DNA of 63,856 nt, filler included, from Basidiobolus ranarum (lineage: Eukaryota), in the NCBI GenBank assembly GCA_040143965.1. It is 6 parts of 6 records of this genome, joined end to end, with 100 filler letters (N's around TTAATTAATTAA, not from the genome) between each part and the next. Parts side by side here need not be neighbours in the genome. Positions count along the whole stretch, not along the records: positions 32,019 to 42,576 come from JASJQH010007570.1; positions 42,677 to 53,225 come from JASJQH010007571.1; 4 more parts are not named here. One strand, written 5' to 3'. A program made the translations under genes and the position numbers. The notes beneath the pieces are model-generated. The model saw nothing but the letters and a program-made list of their open reading frames with translations. It was not told the origin of the DNA and searched no databases. The stretch's first letter is position 1. Each line of letters starts with the position of its first letter. Positions 37,742-50,757 of this stretch are shown here, one piece after another.

Positions 37742-40700
37742 TGGAAATAAAATTTCCTAGTCCATATAACGCTCTCCTTTGGTCAACAAAACTTTGGCCC
37801 ATCTAATATGACTCAGATCCGCGACAAAATCTTGAAATTGTTTCGACATAAGATTTACGCTACTTATGGTATTCTTCAGAATAATGATCTTAATCATTTT
37901 AAACAAAAATCCACCTTCTAAATCTGAATTTTATTTAAAGATTATATTCGAATATATAGTATTACCATATCCTTTCTCTATAGTTCACTCATTATTGTTT
38001 GGCGTTGTGTACACGAGTTGGTGTAGTCTTCAAACATATTAGAGAGTCGAAAACATACCAACTCCGACTCTTCTAGATATTACCATTGCTAAACATAAAG
38101 ACGTTTACCTTTTTATCACTCTTCAACATATTTTACAGGATTCTTGAACGATTAGACTCCAAACAGCCCTTAAAAGAATCTAGACACATAGAATAATGTT
38201 TTTAGCTGTAAATTCCCATTTCAAGCCTATGATAACTGAACGTTTAGGTCTCATATACACATAATTTAAGATATATTGCGCACAGACAAATTTTCATTAT
38301 AGAACCTTTTCAAGCCTGTTCTTCTTGAACATTTATTGAGTACATCTTATCATACTTTTTCTTTTCTATAATTCATTGGATAAACACTTCCAAGAGTCCT
38401 TGGATATTCATCACAATAAAAGATTTTCATCTGTGTTTATGGATAAAGCAAACAATTTTTCTCACCTTGAAATATTCCATGAGATATGTTTAAAATATGA
38501 GAAAGAATTACATGTATATATATTAGTATTGTGATTTTCATGGAGTTTAGGCAATCAAAAAGACTACAATATCATTACTTTCTATTCCTCTAGAAAATAA
38601 AGCGCTTTCTACCTTGTTCAGTAGAAAGGTCTTTTCTAGGGGCATTAGTTTGGCTCTGATTAATGTAGTTGTATGGATTCTATATTCATATCTATATATG
38701 ATGCTACATGTGGTGTGCTCCAACGTGTAATACATGCAATTCGTACCGGGTTCATTCAATACTAAAAACATGCTGTATACTGGTGGCTGGCAGTGATTTT
38801 TGGGAAAGTATATTTAAGAATTATTTGAGGATTATGATATTCTGTAGCGTGGAATATCTGGGTCAAATTTACTATAATAAAGCTACACTTTCAATATAAA
38901 ATGTCATATAGTTGGATTCATCATAGCCTTGACAATACTGGAGAACCTAATTATAAAAACCGGTGCCAAGAAATAGATTGTCAAACAGATGTCTTAACCA
39001 AGCGTACCAACGAAATGCGGCCAAGATACAGCGTTTAGGTGCTTATTAGAAACACCAAAGGATCTTATTAATCTAAAAAATGCCACTATTATTCTTTGCA
39101 AGAACCCAGACCAGGTCCTCCAACTCTTTTAAGGCTAGTTTCCACCCATACCGAGTATTTGTCCGACAGCTGTAGAATAGATCTGATCCAGAATAATCTG
39201 AATACTCCGGTAGGAAATATATTACCTAGAGTATTTCAAAGAGGATATCATGCCATGTTCATAACAATGTTCAATTCTGCTTTTCAGGGCTGGTTTAACA
39301 CACAAAACTTCAAGCCTCTAGAGGTTGCTTCATATGGCTAAATATTGATGTTCTATGAGATAAGCAAAATACCTCCCTTGGTGTTCTTTCAGAGGTGTAA
39401 TCTGACACATCTCTATAACAAAGTCACAATTGTCCAATTAATAAGACTTTGGAGTTGTATTGTGGCTTAATCCACTCGTCTCAAATAATCAATACCATCG
39501 CTAAACCTATCATTTGTTAGCCATTTGGCTGGATATAAGTAATTTGTAATGACTGTTGCGAAGGAAAACTACGTTACTGCACAGCTACATCGTATTGTGA
39601 CTGATGGTGATTCATGTATCACTTCACTATGACAAGATTAATCTGAGATGTTGTATACGAAATGAAGTGCTGTGGCAGTTGTTGCAACTAGCAGCATGTA
39701 TCGTATACAATGATTAACGGAGCCATTCATATCTAGTCCAGATACCCGATGGAGACCATCGAATCCCATACAAGGACCAAGTTTCAAATGGCGTAGCATT
39801 TTTCTGGAAATATGTTGGGTAGCTTCTAGCAATCTTAATAGCGGCTTTCTTTATTATGGTTGACCGGAATGAGCTCCTATCAAACATGTTTCAGAATCTA
39901 AAATCAAAGCCCAATATGGCGTTCATGTTCAAAACTCCTGCAATATCCCAAGTATTGAAGTGGAAGGTTAGTCATTCAACATCAGCCTCAGCAAGCAGGG
40001 AAAGCACAAGCCACAGCTCATAATATTGGCTCTAGAGAGTCGCACCTTCGCCCCGTTGTGGAATATCAGATTACTAGTATATATTGCGGACTCCCCCATT
40101 CAATATCCTAGTTGCATCAGATTACCATAAGAATGGTAATTACCTCATGTCGATGTAGAACATGAGCTTCCTATATATGTACATCTACGCAGGAATATTG
40201 GCTATATCTAGCTTAATCAGGGAGAGGTCGAAGCGAAAGAACTCCAGCTTCATATTAGATCATTATCCCAAACCCTAATCCGGTAATTGCGCCAATACTA
40301 GTCTTTCGTGTATAAAAAAGACCCGAACAAGTCACGAAAGTGCATGCCACTAGTGACCGCCTTTCGAGCACTGTTGTATTGTACAATGACTTTCCTTTTA
40401 TGGCATATACCTCCCAGCACGCATGCCCAGTATCAACATACTGATGCAAGTTTAATATAACATATGGCGATTCATTGTTAGATGATTGAACGCATTAGGC
40501 TAAAACACTGTATTGGCTACACATCGTCATCTAATTAAAATGGTTTTCACTTCCAAATTACCTATTTTACTCCCCCCTTTCTTGATTCTTTTATTAAGCT
40601 TTTCAAGTCCCTTAGTAGCTTTTCACTTTATATATACACTATTTTTACATATTTCCTTTTGATTTAATTCTCACTCACAATTGTCGTCATCCGTATCTTA

Positions 40701-41090
40701 TTCAATTTCAACTATTATATCTTGCATTATTATTGTTGACCTGCCTTCTACCCAAGTAAGTCGGAAATTACACATTTTTATTCAATTCATGACTCTTGGT
40801 TGTATCATGTTCACCCCAGCAACCGTGCATATCTTTTCTTTTCGTTCCCTTTCCCCAAAGTCACGCACCCTGCTCTGCAAACACTCTTTACAACAAATAT
40901 CCAGTTCAAGTTTACGACTCCTATTTCTGTTTCCTTAGTATACACTGCAGATATTCGAGAAAAATGATTTATACTTAATTTTTTCCACATAATAGGAAGT
41001 TAGTGAAAACAGCTGAAAGTGGAATTTGGTGCTTTGAGTACAATTCTATTCAATATCCTTTTACCATTCTCGTAGTTCGATACGGTTGAA

Positions 41091-42576
41091 ATGGCTTTTC
41101 ACCCCAACCAACATACGCAAGGAAATATATTCCCTAATCGCAGTCAAGGCATTGATCATAACCAAGATATAGGACAAAGTTTAAGTCCAATAAATAGCTT
41201 TACAGGCTCTCTGGGTTCTTTCAGCTCTCGGCAATTTGATCCTACTGGTTACGATAACCGAACTTACCTAAACTCAGCTGATCCTTGGAAAAGCAACTCT
41301 TCACTCCTTCAACAGGAGCAAAATGCCACTTCTCCTAGCTTGCGAAACTCTCTTCCAAGTGGTGGTCATGGTGACCTATCCTCTATTCAAAATATCTCTG
41401 CTCCAACTTCAGGGTTCTCCAATCAAACTATTCGTATGATGCAAAACAATAACACGCAGGTGCCTTATTTCAATCAGACTTCCCTTGGTACGTATCGCTT
41501 GAATGTTGGTTGTATTTTCTCTGAATTTGACTTCTAAACCTTGGATCTAGTGTCGGCTTCCCAGTCTCCTTACTCCGACTATCAGAATATATCCACTTCC
41601 AATGGGCAATCCCAAGCCATGTCAGTGGCTCATATGGCTCCTCAGTCACCTACTGCGTCGTTCATTCGCAGATATTCCGGAAATACCAACATGATAAATG
41701 GAATTGATCCTTCTAGCTTGACTAACGGAATGGGATATTCTAATCCAGGCTATACTGGACAGGTTGGGGGTTTGGATAATTTTGGTAGAAACAATTTGAA
41801 TCAGTATGTCGAGAATGATAATGTTATAGTCTGTATTTTTTCCCATATATATCCGGCGTAATTTTCTCAAGCTTTCTGACGTAGTTCTCATGTTTAGTCC
41901 AACTCAATACTCAAATCTAAATCTGAGGCTATGACAGGACTTCAATATGCTAGTAGTAGTAATCTAGGCAGTGGGAGCACTCATAGCAATCTAATGAACA
42001 ATGATAGTAACGCCATGTCTCATGAAAATCACTTTCAAAGTGGAGGCAATATCGAGAGCAATTATTCTACAGGTAGAGTCTTGTATTTGTAAGTGTTGTT
42101 ACGTAACCATGTTAATCTAAGCAATGGTTTTAGGCTTCAGTCAAGATGCTGAGTACCAGAGGTCACCACATTCTCTACCTTTAACACGGCCTTCAAATAT
42201 CTCTCGATCCCAATTTCCGAGTGAGACAGTCGCCCCAAACCAGGTATCCACCACTCCCATAAAAATACCAAAAGCCAGGCCCCTCATCATCAAAGATAGC
42301 TCGACGGTATCACCCAATGCTTTGACCAAATCTAAACACGAGGATCATGACCTGTCCATCAAACCCAAATCAGCCCACAGCCCTAAATCGAAGGCATTCA
42401 GTTCAAAGCCTAATTCATCACTGTCTCTTAATGCAACACCTACAGGACAAAAACTAAAGAGACCCATGAACGCCTTTTTGATATACGCCAGTGAAAGGAG
42501 GCCACAACTTCAACAATCTGATCCTACAATGACGACTGCAGCCCAGAGTAAAATGCTAGGTGAGGAATGGGCAAAA
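41091..42576 (+). CDS. HMG-box transcription factor (SOX/MATA_HMG type), multi-exon, truncated within the HMG box at contig end
   Basis: KLKRPMNAFLIYASERRPQL...SKMLGEEWAK after a long S/N/Q-rich region; GT-AG introns near 41488, 41804 and 42073. Confidence 0.85.
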
Positions 42577-42676
42577 NNNNNNNNNNNNNNNNNNNNNNNN
42601 NNNNNNNNNNNNNNNNNNNNTTAATTAATTAANNNNNNNNNNNNNNNNNNNNNNNNNNNNNNNNNNNNNNNNNNNN
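42577..42676. other. Artificial contig linker
   Basis: N44-TTAATTAATTAA-N44. Confidence 0.98.
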
Positions 42677-42729
42677 AGTGCCTATCAGTGAACAATGGCC
42701 TCAAAAATGCCTCAAAAATAAATCCTCAC

Positions 42730-43680
42730 CTGATCATGCTATTTCACTGTATTTAGCTTGTATTCTTTGGCATTGCAACCTCTTTCTCTTGGGGGGATTA
42801 CGATCAACCCTCAAAGCCACTGATCCGTGTTACCAATTGAGAACTCTGTCTTGTCAATGTATATATTTTGAAAGTAAAGAAACAGAAATGGCCGGTTATA
42901 TCAGATACAACCAACCAGAGAAAAAGACCATTGTTGACTTCAGAGAGACAGTCAGCTTAGTATTACTACTTTGTAGGATGCCACAAACTCATGACCTATA
43001 CTTCCTTTTTATAACTTCTAATCTTGGATTATGAACTTAGACCACTTCCCTCGGACATTTGTGTACCCTAAATCTCCTGTTGCACTTAGGGCTAGGGTTA
43101 CCAAGGTTCATCGTGATTTCTACGAGACTTATGTTAGTGTTGAAGAGCAGTTAACAGCAGGGTCAACCAAATTCTTATCGATTATTGGGGCAGATTCCTC
43201 TGATTATGAACTTCTCATAACTAGACACTTTTTTGTAATAAAACATCAGCATATTCTCTCAGAAGTGAAATGTTCTAATAACGATTTCTATTTAGGGTAC
43301 TGCTGTTGCAATATTGGGAGCTTTGGATATCAAACGGACACATCTCAACCTGGAACATCAAGATTCATTTGATGCATCGTTATCAATGTTGATGCGAACA
43401 GGATTCATTTACATAACTACGGATCACCTAGAGTTGGTGACGCCGCTTTTGCCAAGTTTGCCTACTCTACAATGACCAACGGTAACAGCGTCCCCGATAA
43501 CATTTGTCGTGTCACCAACAAAAACGATATTGTTCCTTGGGTTCCTTCAGAAATCTTTGGTTTCCTACACACTGCACATGAAATATGGATCAATGACGAT
43601 AAGCCCACAGTTAAGTGCCACGATATTGCTAACGGAGCCATTGTTAAAGATCCCAATCGTAATGCTGAACACTACTACAC
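42730..43680 (+). pseudogene. Class 3 (fungal) lipase pseudogene
   Basis: Fragments GYIRYN...IVDFRET, KVHRDFYETY, YELLITRHFF|GTAVA (in place of TGHSLGGAVA), NYGSPRVGDAAFA, RVTNKNDIVPWVP...GFLHTAHEIWI, spread over shifted frames. Confidence 0.78.
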
Positions 43681-44796
43681 AATCTTGACACTCAGTGCCA
43701 CTATGTCCTTCAAGGTATCTCTTGCTAGTAAGATATACATTGAAACTTCATCTGGAAGTAAAACTTCGGTAGAGAGAATCAGTCTGGGGTATTAAACAAC
43801 AATTTCCGAACTATCTTTTTCCAGTGTTATGTCTAAGAGAAAAGCAATAACAATTCTTGGTCTTTTTTGAACCAGTGAAAAAGACAAGTGCAGGGTCTTA
43901 GATCTTTTTATATAAAGATAATAGAAGAGTAAAGCTGGGCAAATAGCAGCCTTGAGAATATCAAAGGCCTGCTATGCTACAGGGGAATCACAGTTTGCTA
44001 GGTAGCTATGGTTAGTGTTCCGTCAATGGCAGATGATACGCTTCTGAGCGAATACTACAGAGATCGGATGTTCTGTCAAGATATGCCAAGCAGTGAATCA
44101 GAATATAGTTTATATTCTAGCGTACTACTCAAGTTAACCACGAGTTACCTGGTATGAGCAATACATTAAATGAAACGTAACCCACCCCCCCCCCACCCTA
44201 TTAAATCTCAGCCAAAACCCAAACTTCAAGTTTAAGGATATAGGCTATGATAGAGAAGTATTTTTATTTAGTTGATTAGTACTTCCATATTTCTGATCTC
44301 ATATATGAATATCAAGCTATTTCATATATAATAAATAAGTTATGGAAATTGGAATACGTATTTATGCCTTGTAACGACTATAAATTAGACCGTGTAAAAG
44401 GAATGTTGAGGTTAGCCAGGTCAATCTATAAGAGAATTTATGATTAAAGCATGCCAATAGCACCTGCATCATACTTAGTGAGATGCCCTCAGATAGCAGC
44501 AGCAATGAGGATCAATATGCTCATATAATCATTTAATTTAATTGAAGATTATTAGTTAGAATAAGTGGAATAAATCTATAATCTAATAGAAACTAATTAT
44601 TACGAATATGATGGAAACTAAGTTATTTTCTACAAGAAACCTCTATTGGCACTGATTGACTTAAAAGATGTTCAATACTTGTTACTTCAATAATAGACAT
44701 GGCACACCAGCTGTATAATAAATTATATTGAAAATAAGAAGTATGTTTTCTATTTATATATATAGTTACAGTAGAGGTTATCATGACAACTAATCA

Positions 44797-46200
44797 TCAA
44801 CAAACCATTTCAAACTTTACCTTCTCTTCAACATTCACACGACCGCCAAACATGTGATCAATCTGCTCCAAACTCCTTCCTTTGGTCTCAGGAATAAAGA
44901 AGTACACGAACAGCAACATGAGAATATCGCATGCTCCAAACATAATATACAATCCCCAGCTAATAGAATTGATCAATGGTGGAACGACAAGTGCAACGAT
45001 GAAGTTGAATGCCCAGTTAGATGCTGTGGTAACCCCCATACATTTGGCTCGGAGACGGGTAGAGTAGATTTCTGATGGATAAATCCAGCCAATGGGTCCC
45101 CAAGTACAGGTGAAGAATGCGACAAACATATAGATCAATGCAATGGTGGCATAGCCAGCTGACTTATCGTCAAAGTTACGAGGAGCGAAGATAGCAATCA
45201 GAGCCCCAACTAAGACCATGGTCAAAGCCATTAAAGCTGCACCAAAGAGCAATAGAGGGCGACGGCCTAGACGATCTACATAAATGACAGCTGGAATGGC
45301 CATGAAAACATTGACGGCACCGTTAATAGCTGTTGCAGTCAGTTGCGCGGTACTACCTACGAAGCCTGCACTTTGAAAGATAGTGGGAGCATAGTACATA
45401 ACAGCAATGATTCCTGTAAGTTGTTGGAAAGCTTGAATAGCGACCCCGATAAGAACACGTCGACGAAGATTAGGTTCCAAAAGTTCCGACCAAGAAAGTT
45501 TCTCCATTTTTTGTTCCAAGCAAATAGCTTCATGCATTTCTTTCATCTCTTCTTCTGGATGAGGGGCAAACTTGCACAATACCTCCATAGCCTCATCTGT
45601 ACGTCCTTGAGATATGAGCCAACGCGGAGACTTTGGTAGAAGTAGCATGACTAACGCCAAAGTAGCAGCCGGGATACACTGAATACCAAGTGGTATTCTC
45701 CAGCTAGCTTCTCCTTCGATTTTGACACATTCAAGATTAATTAAGAAACTAACAAAGATACCAATAGAGATAGCAAGCTGTTGCATCGACACAAGTGTGC
45801 CACGGATTTCTTTAGGGGCAATTTCGGATTGGTACAATGGAACCACCATGGACAACACACCAACGGCTAACCCTGCCACAATACGCCCTACAAGTAGTTG
45901 TCCTATCTCGAATGAAGAAGCCTGAAGGGCACCGCCAATAGTGAACATGGCCCCTCCAATGATAATACTGACTTTTCGGCCAAAGTGGTCAGCCAAATAT
46001 GAAGCGGCTAAAGAGCCGAAGAAACAGCCCAGCACGAAACTGCTAACTATGAAACCTTCTAAGAATGAGTTATGAGCATAGCCAAAGCGGTCTTCGAAAG
46101 GACCCATGATCAAAACTCCACTGATAGCGCCCATGTCATAACCAAAGAGAAAACCCCCGATGGCAGCAGCCGAGGCAGCAAAGTATACTAATACGGACAT
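44797..46200 (-). CDS. MFS sugar porter family transporter (hexose transporter-like), intronless
   Basis: GGFLFGYDMG, ADHFGRK, GRIVAG, VPLYQSEIAP..RG, PKSPRWL, FQQLTG, VDRLGRR, WGPIGWIYPSE, PETKGRSLEQID. Confidence 0.96.
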   Translation of the reverse strand: MSVLVYFAASAAAIGGFLFGYDMGAISGVLIMGPFEDRFGYAHNSFLEGFIVSSFVLGCFFGSLAASYLADHFGRKVSIIIGGAMFTIGGALQASSFEIGQLLVGRIVAGLAVGVLSMVVPLYQSEIAPKEIRGTLVSMQQLAISIGIFVSFLINLECVKIEGEASWRIPLGIQCIPAATLALVMLLLPKSPRWLISQGRTDEAMEVLCKFAPHPEEEMKEMHEAICLEQKMEKLSWSELLEPNLRRRVLIGVAIQAFQQLTGIIAVMYYAPTIFQSAGFVGSTAQLTATAINGAVNVFMAIPAVIYVDRLGRRPLLLFGAALMALTMVLVGALIAIFAPRNFDDKSAGYATIALIYMFVAFFTCTWGPIGWIYPSEIYSTRLRAKCMGVTTASNWAFNFIVALVVPPLINSISWGLYIMFGACDILMLLFVYFFIPETKGRSLEQIDHMFGGRVNVEEKVKFEMVC

Positions 46201-46522
46201 CGTTGAAGAACTCGGCGAATGTAAAAGTTTCAAGAATTTCACTTGTATAATTATTATATCCATTGGTCTATTTAAAGAATCTCTCTTCCCTCTTATACAA
46301 GACGGCTTAAAGCAGATTTGTTATTGGATGCACTGATCCCGATTCAGACGTTATTCTAATATCCAAGATATGCTAACCAGTAGAAGAACACATCCAAATA
46401 GAGAAAATCACTGACTGTACTCTGTCGACTTTACTACTTGGCTTAATTCAGTAGCCGGCGAATAGGCAAATACGAACATTGATTACATGTTCCAGGTGGT
46501 TTGAATTCGTTTAGATTGACCA

Positions 46523-46552
46523 GTAGATTCGGGGTAGATTCGGGGTAGATTC
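46523..46552. repeat. 11-bp tandem repeat (~2.7 copies)
   Basis: GTAGATTCGGG x2 + GTAGATTC. Confidence 0.85.
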
Positions 46553-47023
46553 TGTATTCGGTTGGAAGCATAATTAAAGATCTATTGGTCAAATTCAGGG
46601 AGTAAACAGTACACCTCTACTCGCAATAGAACACTCATAATATTGGCAACCTCTCCACAAATGACCTTCAAACATGTGGGTGAAGGGAAGAGAGTGAATC
46701 CTACGGGAATCTTAAATTCTATTGGGATCCTAATGAGATCCTATTGAGATTCAAACACAGAACAGCACGCTATACCCCTAACCCATATAGGAAAAACTAG
46801 TACCTGAAGATTCTATTTGTGAATGCAAATATGGCAAATGAGGAGTTATTCAAACCATGGAAGTAATTTACCAGTGAAGATTGGTGAGGGTCATTGTCAA
46901 TTTGCCCTCTCATACTATTGTCTTCAATCTCATACGATGCTATACTGAGACGTTCGTTGTCCTAAAGTATGTCGGTGATTGTTTCATTGCATCTCGTGAT
47001 TATAGTATCCCATCTAATATCCC

Positions 47024-47180
47024 ATTGAAATACATGATAGTTTACAAGAATTATGGGAATATTGAAATACATGGTAGTTTACAAGAATTATGGGAATATT
47101 GAAATACATGGTAGTTTACAAGAATTATGGGAATATTGAAATACATGGTAGTTTACAAGAATTATGGGAATATTGAAATA
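47024..47180. repeat. 37-bp minisatellite, ~4.2 copies
   Basis: ATTGAAATACATG[G/A]TAGTTTACAAGAATTATGGGAAT head-to-tail; one mismatch, in copy 1. Confidence 0.95.
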
Positions 47181-48145
47181 GTTCCTCTGGTTTTGTCATT
47201 TGACCAAAACCTATGGTTGCTAATGTGCCAAAAAAAGACATGTTACCACTCCTGAGTTCATTTAGCATTTATTCCTTTATTTATTCCTATTAAGATCAAG
47301 GCTACTACTGGGTATGAATATACTCATGCCTGTGCTTCATTTATGTGGATCATTCTTGGCCACCTAATAGATCACATGCATATTCGTTGAGAATTATTAG
47401 TCCGTTCTCACTATGCTCAAAATTGGAATACATATCTACAATATATTGTGATAAAAAGGAAATATGTGTACTGGCATGAGTATGTTTCCAACTTCTTAGT
47501 GGCTGTCTCCAAGCTTCAGTATTCTAGGTAACTTTAATACAATGGCTGAATCTAATAAATTTTCTGCTAATCTGGCCTTGGCCCTAATATCCCTGACCCT
47601 AATATCTAGTTGACCAATAGTAAGATCATAAAGGCACTCACTATATATCCATATATATACCGGATACAAACCTCAATGTCTCCATATCTTCCTCCTCTCT
47701 TTTCCTCAACTATCGTTACATCTTCCAACACTGGTACCACCATTATCTATAAGGACTCACCCACATATAATTCGTCATCAGGCCAATCACAATGCCAAGA
47801 TCACATAGTTCTCGGCCACCATCATATCTGGCTTGCTCTTGGCGCTACCCGATCTGGCAGATTCTTGGCACCATTGTACCTGGCAATAACTCCTATGCCA
47901 GCACTTAATATGCAATGTGAATCTTTCCCAAGCCCTGAAAAGAGTATATATTCCTTATCTCCAAGCAACAAAGCACCAGCCGATATTCCCTCAATATCCA
48001 CTTTCATCTAAAAGATACCTTTTATTAATTATAGCCTTAGAAAACTTCTGTCCTTAGGCTTTCTCTTCATTTTTCCAAGCATTATTCAACTTGAAAGTCT
48101 TTGCTAAATTAACCGTGCCGTGTCAGCGCTTAAACTGAAACTATA

Positions 48146-50101
48146 ATGACAAATATTCCCCCTCCTCCACCACCACCACCTACTAAGGCTTCTCCGTCTC
48201 CTTCCACTCAGGTTGAATCACAGTTTCCATTTACCACCACAGGCACCACTCCCGAGGAAACAGTATTTGAATTCAATCTCTGCAAAGAAGGACTTGTCCC
48301 TCTTAAAGTTATTGTTGGCCGATATCTCTCTTCGCCTCAGCTACGTAGCTTTCCTGCAGATAAACTTTATATGATTTTGGGTCGTCTCCGATGTCTGTAT
48401 TATACTGTGTGCAAATACAATGAAGGTGTAGTCGCGCCCACCTCGGTGTTTCTCCAATATTGGAGACAGAGAATGTTGGATCAATTATCTGGTTTCGGAT
48501 TCCAGATTTCTGACGCAAAACAGTTGATTCTGATTGTTGGTTTGCAAGAACTCATTCAAAGAGTCGAAGAAGTGTATGCCAAGGAAATTAAAGACTCCCA
48601 GGAGCTGATTCAAAGCAATTTGATAACCTTTGATGGGTTGGGGGAACTGTATCACCCCGATGCCCCAGTAAAAGGTATGACCGGATTAGGAGGCACACCT
48701 GGAATCTTTCTGGTCACTGAGTACTACTACGAGGAGCGTCGTTCACTATTAGGTATGGAAAAAAGTTTTCATTGGACCATGGAGTTTGTGGCTACAATGG
48801 GTGATCACTTTACTGTGGCTAGATTTAGTGAAGTACTCAGCGGTTGGACTGGTGTGCGAGCACGACCACTTTCTGAACTCACCTATGTACCATTAGATCC
48901 AGCAGACCGAGATGCACTTCAGAAACGAGGCGAAAAATACGTACAGATTAGTGTCGGTGGACCGCAATTCCTCGCTTATTCACCTCACACTTTCTTTCTA
49001 CATAATCCATCCACATCTCAAGGCGGATCCTCTCTGTCCAGATCGGGTGGCAGTCAGCTAGCAAATGGTGGTCGAGTCATGGTCGATCCAGCCCGTGGAG
49101 CACTCTTAGGGCATCATGCATCACAAGGCATGGATGAACCAACACAGGTTATGATCCAACTAGCAAGGCGTTACCGACAATGGCAAAATACAACTCAATC
49201 GGCCAGTGGCACTGGGCAAGAGTCACTCATTCTTTGGGATACTGTTCCTAATGAGCTTACCATCTTTTGCTGGCCTGCAGTAGTGGGCTTCAGTTTTTCT
49301 GCTAAAGCGTGGGGACATGTGCTCATCTCTGGCTTGGAACCCATACAATTCCACGATCGAGCTTTTGATCAACTTGTTCTAGCTGAGGACCGTAAACAGC
49401 TTATCCGTGCTCTAGTACGCTTCGGTGGCGAAGAATGCGTGGACGATATTGTTGGTGGTAAACGCGGTGGTAGTGTCTTTCTGCTGCATGGACCCCCAGG
49501 TGTAGGTAAAACCTTAACCGCTGAGGCCATTGCTGAAGTGTTGCATCGGCCGCTCTATTACGTAACCATGGGAGAGTTGGGTATGAATCCTGACGAAATG
49601 GAGCGACGACTAAGTGATGTCTTGGACCTGTGTGCTGGTTGGAATGCACTGACACTCCTTGATGAAGCGGATGTTTTCTTGGAACAACGAAGCACGGCTG
49701 ATATCATGAGGAATGCTATGGTGTGCGTAATGTTGCGTCTTTTAGAGTATCATCCTGGTATTTTGTTTCTCACCACCAACCGAGTAAAGACGTTTGATCC
49801 TGCTTTTGAAAGCCGAGTGACTGTTGCCTTGCGTTACGAGCAACTAACCACCGAATCACGCATTCAAGTTTGGAAGAATTTATTGCAGCGAGTTAGTATT
49901 CCAGTGGCCAGTGATCTGGTGCACGAAGAGCTGGGAAAGCACATTCTTAATGGTAGACAAATAAAGAATGCAGTGCGGTTGGCAGTGGCTCTAGCAAAGG
50001 AACGACAAAGCCCTGTCACACAATCCATTTTGGAAACAACGTTGCAAATCATCAACTTGGGTAGAGAAGAGATGAAGGCGGACGATTCATGGAAAGAGTA
50101 G
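48146..50101 (+). CDS. Fungal-type AAA+ ATPase (single C-terminal AAA domain), intronless
   Basis: Walker A LHGPPGVGKT, Walker B LLDEAD, LLEYHPGILFLTTNR..FDPAFESR, LNGRQIKN; N-terminal poly-Pro. Confidence 0.92.
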   Translation: MTNIPPPPPPPPTKASPSPSTQVESQFPFTTTGTTPEETVFEFNLCKEGLVPLKVIVGRYLSSPQLRSFPADKLYMILGRLRCLYYTVCKYNEGVVAPTSVFLQYWRQRMLDQLSGFGFQISDAKQLILIVGLQELIQRVEEVYAKEIKDSQELIQSNLITFDGLGELYHPDAPVKGMTGLGGTPGIFLVTEYYYEERRSLLGMEKSFHWTMEFVATMGDHFTVARFSEVLSGWTGVRARPLSELTYVPLDPADRDALQKRGEKYVQISVGGPQFLAYSPHTFFLHNPSTSQGGSSLSRSGGSQLANGGRVMVDPARGALLGHHASQGMDEPTQVMIQLARRYRQWQNTTQSASGTGQESLILWDTVPNELTIFCWPAVVGFSFSAKAWGHVLISGLEPIQFHDRAFDQLVLAEDRKQLIRALVRFGGEECVDDIVGGKRGGSVFLLHGPPGVGKTLTAEAIAEVLHRPLYYVTMGELGMNPDEMERRLSDVLDLCAGWNALTLLDEADVFLEQRSTADIMRNAMVCVMLRLLEYHPGILFLTTNRVKTFDPAFESRVTVALRYEQLTTESRIQVWKNLLQRVSIPVASDLVHEELGKHILNGRQIKNAVRLAVALAKERQSPVTQSILETTLQIINLGREEMKADDSWKE

Positions 50102-50757
50102 TCAATAATTTTTCAAATTGACTTTTATTATTTTTTGATTTTCATTGAGGGAATGTCACAAGTTGTGCGTTCGCCACACCTGGGAAATCAGGGTTGTGAA
50201 ATTCAACTGGAAATCAGTGTAAAAATCCAAGAATCACATCAATAAACGATACATGTACCACCATACACAAGGGAAATCAAGAGAACCGCTAGCGTTGTAC
50301 AATTATTGGAAGAAAATTGGACTTGTTGGATTTCGAAAAGTCGAATAGAAGAAAATTATTGGTTGGATTGAGGTAGGCCACAATAAGTTAGATTCAGTAC
50401 CAAACTACTCAAATTCTAGTAAAATGGGAGCCATAAATGTGCAATGGCAATCGATAGAAAAGGAAATGCCAGGCCATCAAAGCGTTGATTTTAAGGTAAT
50501 TAATGGTTTGTGGCTAGTGGTTGAGACATGAAGATTGTTATCATCAAGTCTTACATAGGCCTTGAATGAAACACTGGTTGAGTAGATTACTCTGAATAAC
50601 TATGAAAGTGTTTAGTAAAGAAACGATATGGTATGACATAATATGACACTAACTACGAATTCTATTTTATACTTGGTTCATTGATAAAGCTATGAATTCT
50701 AATTTGTATGTGAAAATCAACTCGAGGAAATTTCCCTAAATATTTCCCATTAGATTA

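Noticed and set aside
38000-40700. Scattered 60-80-aa ORFs between RPL17 and the HMG gene
   Set aside because: Mostly non-ATG starts, no motifs and no splice-joinable structure; treated as intergenic.
47024-47180. CRISPR-like look (GTTTAC...GGAATATTGAAAT resembles some CRISPR repeats)
   Set aside because: Units are head-to-tail with identical 8-nt gaps, there are no unique spacers or cas genes, and the context is eukaryotic.
47610-48011. 133-aa ORF upstream of the AAA ATPase
   Set aside because: TTG start, low-complexity composition, nothing recognisable on either strand.
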